Assembly: GCA_964497185.1 (NCBI GenBank)
Contig: CAZCBX010000002.1
Span: 2,533 to 66,532, forward strand
Length of the DNA stretch: 64,000 bases
DNA from: an uncultured Bdellovibrionales bacterium
Lineage (GTDB): Bacteria; Bdellovibrionota_G; JALEGL01; JAGRMV01
Reading direction: 5' to 3'
Position numbers and translations under genes: made by a program. The notes under the pieces were generated by a model. It saw nothing but the letters and a program-made list of their open reading frames with translations, was not told where the DNA came from and ran no database searches. This document shows, one piece after another, positions 39,331 to 48,849 of this stretch. Within the stretch, counting starts at the first letter, position 1, and every line of letters begins with the position of its first letter.

Positions 39331-41242
39331 CCAATACCTCAGTGCCGACATCGTTCATCACCGTTTTTCCCCAACCAAACGTACATTTCGCTACAGGGGT
39401 CATTATCTGTGGTGTCACATCCATGAACTTGCGACATTGCCTAAAAAAGACCAGTGGTTTGGGTACAATCAGTCAAAGCTTTTTTCAGTCTGGGATAAAG
39501 ACTATCTTGACCCCGAGGCCAAAGGGTCCATCCAAGAAAAAATTTTTTCCTGGTACGAGCAAGAAGCTGTTGTGATTCCCGAAGATGTCTATTTATTCAC
39601 GTGTCCCAAGGTATTGGGGCACGTTTTTAATCCCGTTCATTTTTATTTTGGTGTGCGACAAGGCCACTTAGAAAACGTGGTGGTGGAAATCAACAACACG
39701 TTTGGTGAACGTCATATTTATACGGTGCCCGTGGATCAACCCCTCCACCAAAAAAGCTTTCATGTCTCGCCATTTTTACCGGTTGAGGGAACATACCGGT
39801 ATGACTTTACACTCAGCCCTGAAAAAATAGGGGTGGGCATTCATGTTGAGCAAAAAAAGCAAAAAATTTTCTTTGCATCGGTTCAAGGCAATTTTTCCAA
39901 TCATAGTCTGGCCGAATACCCTTTTTGGAAGCGGTTTTTGCCACTTTTAAATTATCCCAGAATTCTCTGGCAAGCTGCGCTCATTTTTTATAAACACAAA
40001 CTTCCTGTGTATACCAAACCACGACCGCAAAACAGACATACCGTCAAAAAAGCCACGCCCAATGCGTTTGAAAAACTGTGCATGGCCATGGTCGACCGCT
40101 TTTTTAAAAAGGCGCAGAAAGGCCGGCTTGAAGTATGGATGCCCGATGATTCTTTGCGGCATTACGGAGACGAACAGGCCAACGTCACCGCACGCATGGA
40201 AATTCATGCATATTCATTTTTTACAGCGGTCTTTTGGGGTGGGGACATTGCTTTTGGAGAACAGTACGAACAAAAATCATGGGATAGCCCTGACTTAATC
40301 AGCTTGTTGTCATGGTTTGCCATGAATCAAGATGTCATGGACGATCAAAAACTTTTTACTTCTTGGTTTGTACGAAAAATGACGTCCCTTCGCCATGCGC
40401 GTCGAAACAATACCTTGAGGGGGAGTCGAAAAAATATTTCTGCACATTACGACCTAAGCAATGACTTTTTTGAAAAAATACTGGATCCCCACATGCAATA
40501 CTCGAGTGCGCTGTATGAAAAGCCCAACATGACGTTGGCCCAAGCCCAGCAGTGCAAAATTGATCGAATTGTACAGCAACTGGCCGTGGACAAAGGCATG
40601 CATGTTTTGGAAGTGGGATCGGGCTGGGGTGGTTTGGCCATGGAAATTGCCCGACAAACAGGCTGCAACGTGACCACCATTACTCTTTCCAAAGAGCAAA
40701 AGAAATATGTGGAGGCACGCATTGCGCAGCAAGGCATGCAAAAACAATTGAATGTTGTCCTTCAAGACTATCGAAACATTCAAGAGGTGTATGATCGTGT
40801 GGTGTCGGTAGAAATGATTGAGGCAGTGGGCCGAGAGTTTTTGCCTTCTTATTTTCAAAAAATTTATGCATGTGTGAAGCCCGGTGGTCTGTTTGTTTTA
40901 CAAGGCATTACCATGGCTGAAGAAAAATACGATGTATACGCTTCCAAAGCAGACTGGATTCAAAAATACATTTTTCCTGGCTCTCACATTCCCACTCAGT
41001 CTATGGTGATGAACTTAGCTCAAGGCGCTGGGTGGCAACGATTGGCGCAAGCTGAGTTGGGACCATCATATGCAAAAACGCTTCATCAGTGGCATCAAAC
41101 CATGATGGCTAAGAAACAAGCGTTAACCGACATGGGCTTTGGCGAAAAAATATTGAGACGCTGGGCCTATTACTTTTCTTACTGTGAAGCCGGCTTTCGA
41201 CAAGAACATTTGCACGATTACCAATGGACGTTTCAAAAATGA
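39314..41242 (+). CDS. Fusion protein: N-terminal DUF1365 domain (about 250 aa) joined to a C-terminal cyclopropane-fatty-acyl-phospholipid-synthase-like methyltransferase (about 390 aa).
   Basis: Single uninterrupted 642-aa ORF. The C-terminal half carries the Cfa motifs ISAHYDLSNDFF, VLEVGSGWGG and RVVSVEMIEAVG. The N-terminal half has no methyltransferase motifs and matches the size of a DUF1365 domain. Confidence 0.65.
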   Translation: MDLPSSQYLSADIVHHRFSPTKRTFRYRGHYLWCHIHELATLPKKDQWFGYNQSKLFSVWDKDYLDPEAKGSIQEKIFSWYEQEAVVIPEDVYLFTCPKVLGHVFNPVHFYFGVRQGHLENVVVEINNTFGERHIYTVPVDQPLHQKSFHVSPFLPVEGTYRYDFTLSPEKIGVGIHVEQKKQKIFFASVQGNFSNHSLAEYPFWKRFLPLLNYPRILWQAALIFYKHKLPVYTKPRPQNRHTVKKATPNAFEKLCMAMVDRFFKKAQKGRLEVWMPDDSLRHYGDEQANVTARMEIHAYSFFTAVFWGGDIAFGEQYEQKSWDSPDLISLLSWFAMNQDVMDDQKLFTSWFVRKMTSLRHARRNNTLRGSRKNISAHYDLSNDFFEKILDPHMQYSSALYEKPNMTLAQAQQCKIDRIVQQLAVDKGMHVLEVGSGWGGLAMEIARQTGCNVTTITLSKEQKKYVEARIAQQGMQKQLNVVLQDYRNIQEVYDRVVSVEMIEAVGREFLPSYFQKIYACVKPGGLFVLQGITMAEEKYDVYASKADWIQKYIFPGSHIPTQSMVMNLAQGAGWQRLAQAELGPSYAKTLHQWHQTMMAKKQALTDMGFGEKILRRWAYYFSYCEAGFRQEHLHDYQWTFQK

Positions 41243-41706
41243 AAAAACTGCGTTTTTCATATCAAAGTTTGCTGTATGCGCCGGTGGAAGAAGTCTACGC
41301 ATGGCATATGGACCCGATGGCTTTTCAGATGTTGACGCCACCTTGGGAGAAAGTGGTGGTTAAAGAGCCATTGCAAACCATGCAGCCGGGTGAGACCATG
41401 ACGTTGGTGATGTACCCGCCTCCAGGAATTTTACCTATAAAATGGGTTGCGAAAATCGCGGAGGTTCAACACCAATCGTTATTTGTGGACGAGCAAATCA
41501 AGGGGCCATTTGCCTATTGGCGCCATTGCCATCGTTTTCACGAAGTGGAAAAAAATCGTTGCCGTGTAGAAGACGACATCGAATTTGAGCTGCCGCTGTC
41601 GTTTTTGTCCCATCGTACTATGGGCAGTTGGGTCACAAAAAAACTGATGAAAACATTTGAATATCGCCACCGCGTGTATGCTCAGGTTTTTCGGGAGTAC
41701 ATGTGA
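41224..41706 (+). CDS. SRPBCC (polyketide cyclase/START-like) lipid-binding protein.
   Basis: 160 aa with 19-nt coupling overlap. Size and pattern of SRPBCC proteins found in such lipid operons. Confidence 0.45.
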   Translation: MDVSKMKKLRFSYQSLLYAPVEEVYAWHMDPMAFQMLTPPWEKVVVKEPLQTMQPGETMTLVMYPPPGILPIKWVAKIAEVQHQSLFVDEQIKGPFAYWRHCHRFHEVEKNRCRVEDDIEFELPLSFLSHRTMGSWVTKKLMKTFEYRHRVYAQVFREYM

Positions 41707-42935
41707 ATCCCAAAGTGATCATTGTTGGAGCGGGGTTGGCTGGACTTTGCTGTGCACGGCATTTGCATCGTCGGGGTGTGGACGTTGTGCTGCTAGAGCA
41801 AAAGCAGGAGGTGGGCGGTCGATTGCAAACCACACAGCTTGATGGTTTTGTATTGGACCATGGCTTTCAAGTTTACAACACCGCGTATCCTGAAGGCCAG
41901 CAAGAACTCAATTACCAAGCTCTGGATTTCGGCTATTTTGACCCTGGCGCGTATATATTTATGGAAGGCCAGCGATACAATGTAGGAGACCCACTGCGGC
42001 AACCATCTACGCTGATTTCAACACTTCAAGCCCCCATCGGCAGCGTCAAAGATAAAATGCTGATGGCCAAGCTGAGCCTGTGGAGCCGTCAACTGTCTCA
42101 TGCGCAGCTGATGGCCATGCCCGTACAGACGACCTTATCCTTTCTTCGCGGTTATGGGTTTAGTTCCAAGATCATTGCCAATTTTTTTCAACCATTTTTT
42201 GGTGGGGTGTTTTTAGAAAAGTCACTTCATACGTCTCATCATCTTTTTTTGTATGTTTTTTCCATGCTGGCCAAAGGCAAAGCGGCCCTGCCCAAAAACG
42301 GCATGCAAGCCATTGCTCAACAACTTAGCCAGCATCTGCCAAACGATCAGCTATTGCTGGGACATACGGTAGAAAGCATCCAAGACGGTCGCGTGACATG
42401 TCAAAATGGCAAAACGATCAAAGCGCAACACATTGTCTTGGCCGTGGAGCAACACACCGCTCAAAAGCTTTTGGGTCAACCCCAAACACAAGCGTGGGTT
42501 GGAACCTACAACGCGTACTTTGAAGTGGACGCACTGCCCATCGAACACAAAAAAATCTGTTTGATGACGGATCGCCATCCATGGATCCAAAACATATGTT
42601 TTCCGTCGATGATTCAGCCATCTTACGCCCCCAAGGGGAGAAATTTAATGAGTGTCAGCGTCAATATCACACCAGAAGAAGACCGGTCTGGGTTGGCGCA
42701 GCGAATTGAACATGCCGTCATAGATCTTTTCGATCACGAGTGTGGCGCGATTCAAGCACTCGCCCAGTTTGAAGTACCTTACGCATTGCCATACCAAGAA
42801 CCTCAAACCCTGCTGCCATGGCAGCGTCCGCAGAACATTGATCAAGGGCTTTGGGTTTGTGGTGACTGGCTGGATCAAGGTTCGATTCAGGGTGCCATGG
42901 TGTCTGGGCGAAGAGTCGCGGAGCAACTTTGCTAG
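41703..42935 (+). CDS. FAD-dependent oxidoreductase (amine oxidase / phytoene-desaturase-like).
   Basis: VIIVGAGLAGLCCARHL...LLEQKQEVGGRL dinucleotide-binding motif; 410 aa. Confidence 0.7.
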   Translation: MNPKVIIVGAGLAGLCCARHLHRRGVDVVLLEQKQEVGGRLQTTQLDGFVLDHGFQVYNTAYPEGQQELNYQALDFGYFDPGAYIFMEGQRYNVGDPLRQPSTLISTLQAPIGSVKDKMLMAKLSLWSRQLSHAQLMAMPVQTTLSFLRGYGFSSKIIANFFQPFFGGVFLEKSLHTSHHLFLYVFSMLAKGKAALPKNGMQAIAQQLSQHLPNDQLLLGHTVESIQDGRVTCQNGKTIKAQHIVLAVEQHTAQKLLGQPQTQAWVGTYNAYFEVDALPIEHKKICLMTDRHPWIQNICFPSMIQPSYAPKGRNLMSVSVNITPEEDRSGLAQRIEHAVIDLFDHECGAIQALAQFEVPYALPYQEPQTLLPWQRPQNIDQGLWVCGDWLDQGSIQGAMVSGRRVAEQLC

Positions 42936-43351
42936 ACCTGCATCATCTATGCTTATGGGCTGCGCTGCTAAGCACATGCTGGATGACTGGCTTAATTTGG
43001 TACGTGCAAGTGGTGCATTACCCCATGTTTGCGCAAATGGACCACGCAACGTTTAAAGCTGCCATGCGAATACACCAACAAAGAACTTCATGGGTGGTGG
43101 TGCCTTGGATGCTGCTGGAGCTGGGTACAAGCCTATGGCTTTGGCTTACAACCTGGACCTGGCCCCACCATGCATCGGTTTTGTTGCTCGCGCTGATATG
43201 GCTCTCTACCTTTCTTTGGCAAGTTCCTTGTCATCGTCAACTCAGTACAATGTGGAATGAAAAAACCCATCAACGGCTGGTGAAAACCAACTGGATGCGA
43301 ACATGCATGTGGACGTTGCGCAGTTTTTTGTTTGCATGGCTGTTGATGTAG
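42929..43351 (+). CDS. Small integral membrane protein (DUF1772-like?).
   Basis: 140 aa, 4 predicted TM helices, Trp-rich. Confidence 0.3.
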   Translation: MLDLHHLCLWAALLSTCWMTGLIWYVQVVHYPMFAQMDHATFKAAMRIHQQRTSWVVVPWMLLELGTSLWLWLTTWTWPHHASVLLLALIWLSTFLWQVPCHRQLSTMWNEKTHQRLVKTNWMRTCMWTLRSFLFAWLLM

Positions 43352-43440
43352 TCGCAGTGGGTAAAAATCTTTACAAGTGAACTTGATGTTCTTGAAAAAG
43401 CCCGATACAAACAAGTTCACGAAGTAAAAAAGGAGTTGTT

Positions 43441-43965
43441 ATGAAAAATATCATTTGGATTTTGTGTGCGGTCGTTACCGCAGTTCCCGCTTTTGCAACC
43501 ACCACCACACCATTGCTGAGCAGTCGTGAATACACGGTGGGCGCGGGCGACATTGAAACCTCCTTTTTCTTTGAACCTTCCATTGTCAGCGTAAACGGAA
43601 ACTCCAACAATTCGCTGACCTTTCAAGCAGGTGCCAACTTGTTCATGGATGACGTATTTGCACCCGGTGTAGAATTTGAATGGACTGCTTTCGAGAACGC
43701 CGATAATCGTTTTCGACTCTTGCCCAACGTCAAAGCCTACTTGCCCAACCGATCCCGTTTTTTACCCTACATGCAAGCAGGATTGGGTTTTACAAGAGCC
43801 TTCGACGAAAACTTTTTGACCCTCACCCTCGGACCAGGCATCAACTATATGCTCTCCAACACCGTCGCCATCGGCGGCCAGCTTCGTTATGACTTAAACG
43901 TAGGCACAGAAAACTTGCACGAAGTAAGCATCCCCGTCCAATTCGCCATCTACTTTAGATATTAA
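43441..43965 (+). CDS. Small outer-membrane beta-barrel protein (OmpW/OmpA-like family).
   Basis: Signal peptide MKNIIWILCAVVTAVPAFA, alternating amphipathic strands, C-terminal aromatic AIYFRY. Confidence 0.5.
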   Translation: MKNIIWILCAVVTAVPAFATTTTPLLSSREYTVGAGDIETSFFFEPSIVSVNGNSNNSLTFQAGANLFMDDVFAPGVEFEWTAFENADNRFRLLPNVKAYLPNRSRFLPYMQAGLGFTRAFDENFLTLTLGPGINYMLSNTVAIGGQLRYDLNVGTENLHEVSIPVQFAIYFRY

Positions 43966-43976
43966 GTAAGATCAAT

Positions 43977-43996
43977 TTCCATGGTTTTCCATGGAA
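43977..43996. promoter_or_regulatory. Perfect palindrome TTCCATGG-tttt-CCATGGAA immediately upstream of the RHH antitoxin start; candidate autoregulatory operator.
   Basis: 8-4-8 perfect inverted repeat. Confidence 0.4.
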
Positions 43997-44016
43997 ATTT
44001 ATGGTATGCTAAAACC

Positions 44017-44223
44017 ATGAAAGAAGGAAACTTGGCAGTTGTACTGCCCATGGATTTAAAAAAAGCGGTTAGCAATCACTGCAAAGAACATGGGTTAAAG
44101 ATGAAAAAATTTGTTGAAGAAGCATTGATCGAAAAACTCGAAAACACAATGGATATTGCCTCTATTGCGGCACGTGAAAATGAAGAAACCATTCCTCTCA
44201 GTGAAGTACTCAAAAAACTATAA
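44017..44223 (+). CDS. Ribbon-helix-helix (CopG/ParD-like) antitoxin.
   Basis: MKEGNLAVVLPMDLKKAV beta-strand plus helix pattern. Overlaps the downstream toxin gene. Confidence 0.5.
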   Translation: MKEGNLAVVLPMDLKKAVSNHCKEHGLKMKKFVEEALIEKLENTMDIASIAARENEETIPLSEVLKKL

Positions 44224-44485
44224 AATCGAACTGAAAAAATCAGCCGCAAAAGAGCTGATCAAAATCCCCAAAACCTACCAACAACAAATTATTGATGGCT
44301 TAAAAGTACTGGAATCCAATCCAAACACACAAATCCTAGACATTAAAAAACTTCAGACCAAAGGAGACTTTTTCCGCCTCCGCATTGGATTATACCGAGT
44401 CATCTACGAAGTGCGTAAAAGCCAAGTTTTGATTTATGTGATCAAAATCGCTCACCGAAAAGAAGTCTACAAAAAACTCAAGTGA
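44180..44485 (+). CDS. RelE/ParE-family toxin.
   Basis: About 100 aa, Lys-rich, with a C-terminal RIGLYRVIYEV..VLIYVIKIAHRKEVY typical of the ParE/RelE fold. Paired with the upstream RHH gene. Confidence 0.55.
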   Translation: MKKPFLSVKYSKNYKIELKKSAAKELIKIPKTYQQQIIDGLKVLESNPNTQILDIKKLQTKGDFFRLRIGLYRVIYEVRKSQVLIYVIKIAHRKEVYKKLK

Positions 44486-44746
44486 GCTACAATAAACCGG
44501 CTACGTTAGATCAAGGATTGAACCAAGGTATATTCATGATTGCTTCAAAATTTCCTCTAGCTTTTGTTTTACGTCAGGACATCAAGGTGCAAAGAGGGCG
44601 TACACAATGTCATCATTGCTTAGCTGAAGTCCACCCCATTCGATCATCGACGACATCGTAGGTTTTTTGGGCCGCCCCATGGGGCTGTTATGCAGCAAAG
44701 CGGAATCCTGCCCCAAGGGGCGGCTCAAAAAACCAGAAGTCTCGGA

Positions 44747-45655
44747 TTAATCCAAATCCATTTTATCCACATTAAACCCCTTCAACGTCTCCGCAATCCC
44801 CTCAAAATCCTTATGAAAATCATTTTCACGCAGCTGCAACTGCGCATTAAAATTACCCGCTTTCAATTGTCGAATGTACCGACGAAGCGCCACCATGGGC
44901 CCTACAGAACGATGCGATAAAATAAGCGTAAAGAGAAAAAAGATAAAGCAGTACACGCTGACAATTAAAAATATGCCTAAAAAGAAATATTGATAAATAT
45001 GTTCTTGCACCTGAAGCTGAGGATCGACATAACTTTTTAAAAAACTATACGAAAACAGGGATAGGGTGGTGCATACCAACAGCACGGCAGACACATTCCA
45101 AAAAGCGAGTGTGAGTTGATAAGGCTTGTCAATCAAGTAGGTTTTACGATTGTTGTTTTCGTTCCATAGCTCGTCACCGTAGCTGTATATGCAAATGATG
45201 GTGATGATGGTGCCCGCCATAAGCTGCATGTCAGCAAGATTGAATGCATAGGATTTAAATGGACCCCAGGGTAGGTTGATAAAATCGCGGACAAAGCCCA
45301 ACAGAGTTTTGTCAATGACGTTGCCCATGATGCCCGCAACAAACACGGTTAGCCCCAGTTTCAACCAGTACACCCGTTTGTTTTGAAAAAAATACAAAAG
45401 CACAAAATACAGTGCCAGCGCATAGCCGCCCAGGGTGCTAAAAAAAACCACGCGGACCAATTCCCGAAACTGAGCGAACGATCCAAAGATTAAGCCAAAG
45501 TTTTTAACGGGTATAATTTGCAGCAAGCGACCACGAATGGGCTCTTCCAGATTGTAACCCCACTGCTTGGTGATTAAATCGAGACCGACCAAAAACGTTA
45601 ATAGGCCAACGGCCAAACCGAAGTGAAACCGTTTTTCTCGGCGTTCATGAGACAT
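44747..45655 (-). CDS. lspA: Lipoprotein signal peptidase II (LspA) fused to a C-terminal 2TM plus HAMP-like module.
   Basis: Residues 1-165 align with LspA (GNVIDK and FNLADM catalytic Asp motifs). Residues about 166-302 add two TM helices plus SHRSVGPMVALRRYIRQLKAGNF...NDFHKDFEGIAETLKGF, which matches a HAMP AS1-connector-AS2 pattern. Confidence 0.7.
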   Translation of the reverse strand: MSHERREKRFHFGLAVGLLTFLVGLDLITKQWGYNLEEPIRGRLLQIIPVKNFGLIFGSFAQFRELVRVVFFSTLGGYALALYFVLLYFFQNKRVYWLKLGLTVFVAGIMGNVIDKTLLGFVRDFINLPWGPFKSYAFNLADMQLMAGTIITIICIYSYGDELWNENNNRKTYLIDKPYQLTLAFWNVSAVLLVCTTLSLFSYSFLKSYVDPQLQVQEHIYQYFFLGIFLIVSVYCFIFFLFTLILSHRSVGPMVALRRYIRQLKAGNFNAQLQLRENDFHKDFEGIAETLKGFNVDKMDLD

Positions 45656-45666
45656 GCTCTATTGTA

Positions 45667-46932
45667 CTAGGCAATGAAGATGCTGGCAATGCACGCGGTC
45701 ATAAAACAAGCCAACGTTCCTCCGACCATCGAGATTAAGCCGAGTTTGGCCAGTTCTCTGCGGCGTTCTGGAACCAAAGCGCCAATGCCACCGACTTGAA
45801 TGGCAATGGAGCCAATGTTGGCAAAGCCACAAAGCGCATATGTAGAAATAATGGCAGATCGGCTGGATAACGTGGGCAATGCTTCTTTGAGATCGATGTA
45901 GGCCACAAATTCATTAAGCACCATTTTTTTGCCCAAAAAATTTCCTACTTGAATGCATTCATCCAAAGGCACGCCCATTAAAAAAGCAAAAGGAGAGAAT
46001 AAATAACCCATAATCAGCTCAAAGGTGAGATTGGGAAAACCCAGCCATGCACCCGCCCAACCGATAAAGCCATTGATGAACGCCACCAGCCCAATAAACG
46101 CGATCAGCATGGCGCATACGTTTAGCGCCAGTTTTAACCCATCTCCAGCACCCACCACAGCCGCATCAATCATGTTTTCAGCCGTTTTGGGAAAGCTGGT
46201 TTTGAGCGTACCTGCGGTCAGCGCTTCTTCTGTCTCAGGAATCAATATTTTTGCAATGGCCAAGGCGGCAGGGGCAGACATCACCGATGCGGCCAGCAAA
46301 TGACCTGCATCAATACCAAAGCCAGCATACGCTGCCAATACGCCTCCAGCCACAGTGGCCATGCCACCGGTCATAAGGGCCATCAGTTCGGAACGCGTCA
46401 TTGACGACAAGTAAGGAAACACCACCAGAGGGGCTTCGGTTTGGCCGGCAAAAATATTGGCTGCGGCAGCCAGCGATTCTGCACCCGATGTGCGCATGGT
46501 TTTCATCATGATGATGGCAAAAAATTTCACAATTTTTTCCATCAGGCCCACATGGTAAAGCACAGCCATCAGGGCACTGGTAAAAATAATGGTGGAGGGA
46601 ACAATCACGGCAAAAATAAAACCAAATTTGCCCATATCAGCCAAAGGCCCAAACAAGAACTGCGCACCATCGAGCGAAAAGTCCAAAATGGCTTGAACCC
46701 CTGATTTCAAACCCGAAAAAAGAGCTCGGCCCACGGTGGTTTTTAAAATTAAAAAACCAAAGACGAGTTGTGCCATAAGGCCGCCTAGAACAGTTCGCCA
46801 CGCAATGGCTTTTCGGTCACTGCTAAGCCCGTAAGCAATGCCAACCATAACAGCCAGGCCAAACATGGGAATGAGGATGCGCATGATGATCTCCTGAGAT
46901 AAGATTGCCATGGCATACCCAATACCGCGCAT
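45667..46932 (-). CDS. nupC: Concentrative nucleoside transporter (NupC/CNT family).
   Basis: 421 aa with the characteristic CNT N-terminal and C-terminal membrane domains. Confidence 0.75.
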   Translation of the reverse strand: MRGIGYAMAILSQEIIMRILIPMFGLAVMVGIAYGLSSDRKAIAWRTVLGGLMAQLVFGFLILKTTVGRALFSGLKSGVQAILDFSLDGAQFLFGPLADMGKFGFIFAVIVPSTIIFTSALMAVLYHVGLMEKIVKFFAIIMMKTMRTSGAESLAAAANIFAGQTEAPLVVFPYLSSMTRSELMALMTGGMATVAGGVLAAYAGFGIDAGHLLAASVMSAPAALAIAKILIPETEEALTAGTLKTSFPKTAENMIDAAVVGAGDGLKLALNVCAMLIAFIGLVAFINGFIGWAGAWLGFPNLTFELIMGYLFSPFAFLMGVPLDECIQVGNFLGKKMVLNEFVAYIDLKEALPTLSSRSAIISTYALCGFANIGSIAIQVGGIGALVPERRRELAKLGLISMVGGTLACFMTACIASIFIA

Positions 46933-46964
46933 AAGCGCAAGAGAAACTCAAAAAACTTGATTGG

Positions 46965-48017
46965 TTACGGCTGCGTGGGCGGCTCATTGATGTGAACCAA
47001 CTGATTTGGGATGACGAGTAAGTCCTTTTCCATGGCTGTGATGGCCTCATCTAAACGCTGACTGATTTTTTTTGAGCCCCAGGCATTTTTTACAGAGGGA
47101 AACTGGATGTGCCACGCTTGCTTAACATTGCCCACTCGAATGACGGACGTTTCTGGGCTTTCTTTTTGAAGAAAAGAAATGATTTTTTGACTGGCTTCGA
47201 GCCAGTTTCGTTGCATGGGTGAAAAAGCTTGATCCTTGTCATAAGAAGCATGGTTGGACCAATAAAGCAGTGCAAGTTCGTGCTTATCATGGAAGCAAGC
47301 ATGCACCAAGCCGCAGAGGGTGACATCCGCACCATCTTTGAGTTGAACATCCATGACTTGTTGAACCGTGGTTTTCTCTTGGAGGGGATCGTAGAGCACC
47401 TCAGCGGTTGGATCAAAAAATTCAACCCCCGCGCGAAACGCCAGCTCCATTTTTTGCGCGCCCACACCATCTTCTGGGGTGATGATGCCTATGGTATGCG
47501 TTCGGCTTTTGCCCGCTGCGATGATTCCACTGATAAAAAGGGCCTGTGGAAGATTGAAATCGATGGAGACCACGTGGTTGGCTTGATCGAATGCATCTGC
47601 GACCAGCCATGTGGTGGAATGATTGAACGCATTGAGTTGTTTGAGCACGTTGGCATGTTCCAAACCGTCTATGATTACATAGGTAGGCCAGGTGGGTTCC
47701 TTTTGCAAGCGATCGAACAAACCCTGGCTATTGTCTAGGGACCAGACCGAAAACGAAAGCTGATGGTTTTGGGCCCATTTTTCAAGGGCTGTTTGGGCTT
47801 CTTTGGGCAGATTTTTTTGTAGTTGGGGATGCATCACCCAGACCATCGTTGCCGACATTTCTTTGGTGGGCATAGGGGTAGGTTGTTTTGCCGGTTGCGA
47901 CTCTGGTGCGGCGATGGTCTTGGGTGCGGTGGCGGCGCTTTGCTCTGAGGTTTCACATCCTGTCAAAGTCATCATGCCAAAAGCAGCGATCATCATGGCG
48001 TAGGTAAGGTGTTTCAT
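46965..48017 (-). CDS. Lipoprotein, possibly BMP-family (PnrA-like) nucleoside-binding protein.
   Basis: Lipobox MMTLTGC. The C-terminal half resembles BMP substrate-binding proteins. Lies upstream of nupC in the same orientation. Confidence 0.35.
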   Translation of the reverse strand: MKHLTYAMMIAAFGMMTLTGCETSEQSAATAPKTIAAPESQPAKQPTPMPTKEMSATMVWVMHPQLQKNLPKEAQTALEKWAQNHQLSFSVWSLDNSQGLFDRLQKEPTWPTYVIIDGLEHANVLKQLNAFNHSTTWLVADAFDQANHVVSIDFNLPQALFISGIIAAGKSRTHTIGIITPEDGVGAQKMELAFRAGVEFFDPTAEVLYDPLQEKTTVQQVMDVQLKDGADVTLCGLVHACFHDKHELALLYWSNHASYDKDQAFSPMQRNWLEASQKIISFLQKESPETSVIRVGNVKQAWHIQFPSVKNAWGSKKISQRLDEAITAMEKDLLVIPNQLVHINEPPTQP

Positions 48018-48156
48018 CCCATGAAGTATAAAAAATATGCACTGGATATCAATATTTTTCACGAAAAGGTGATTTGTTAAAATTGCATAAAGATGGCGTC
48101 AAAGCAGGTGAAAGAGTCTGTTTTTTTGTGATGAAATTCGGTACAAGAACAAGCAT

Positions 48157-48849
48157 ATGACAAAGCAAAAATATTGGGTGCTGGTGGTTGAAGATGACCC
48201 AGATCTGCTAGAAATTGTTAAAACCAATTTGGAAGAACTTGGCTACCAAGTTCTAGAGGCGATGGACGGTAGAAAAGCCTGTGAGTTGGCAGTTTCACAT
48301 CAACCCCATTTGATTTTGCTGGATATGATGTTGCCCAAAATGCAGGGCATGGAAGTTTTGCAATTTTTAAAACGCAATAACCAAACCGAGCACATTCCCA
48401 CCATCATTATTTCTGCCAAAGATGATGAAAACACGGTGGTTAAGGCGCTGGAAGAGGGTGCGGATGATTACATCACCAAACCCTGTGGGCCTCGTGAAAT
48501 GGTAGCGCGCATCAAAGCGGTGCTACGACGTCAAGCATCGGAAGAGGGCAGCAGCGAACAAATTAGGGTTTCAGGTGATTTGCGGGTGGATTTTCAAAAG
48601 CACGAAGTGCGCATGCAAGATGAAATTGTGGCCTTGACCAAAACCGAGTTTGATATTTTATGGTCATTTATGCGCGATCACAATCAAGTGTTTACACGCA
48701 AACAGCTTTTGCAAATTATTCATGGCCCTGGCGTCCATACTCTCGATCGAAACATTGATGTGCACGTTGTATCCTTGCGAAAGAAATTAAAGGACCATGG
48801 TCAGAAGATAGAAACCGTTCGCGGTGTTGGCTATCGCATGAATTTTTAA
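48157..48849 (+). CDS. phoB: OmpR/PhoB-family response regulator.
   Basis: REC domain plus a winged-helix C-terminus (VRGVGYRM). Followed by a histidine kinase and pstCAB-phoU. Confidence 0.75.
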   Translation: MTKQKYWVLVVEDDPDLLEIVKTNLEELGYQVLEAMDGRKACELAVSHQPHLILLDMMLPKMQGMEVLQFLKRNNQTEHIPTIIISAKDDENTVVKALEEGADDYITKPCGPREMVARIKAVLRRQASEEGSSEQIRVSGDLRVDFQKHEVRMQDEIVALTKTEFDILWSFMRDHNQVFTRKQLLQIIHGPGVHTLDRNIDVHVVSLRKKLKDHGQKIETVRGVGYRMNF

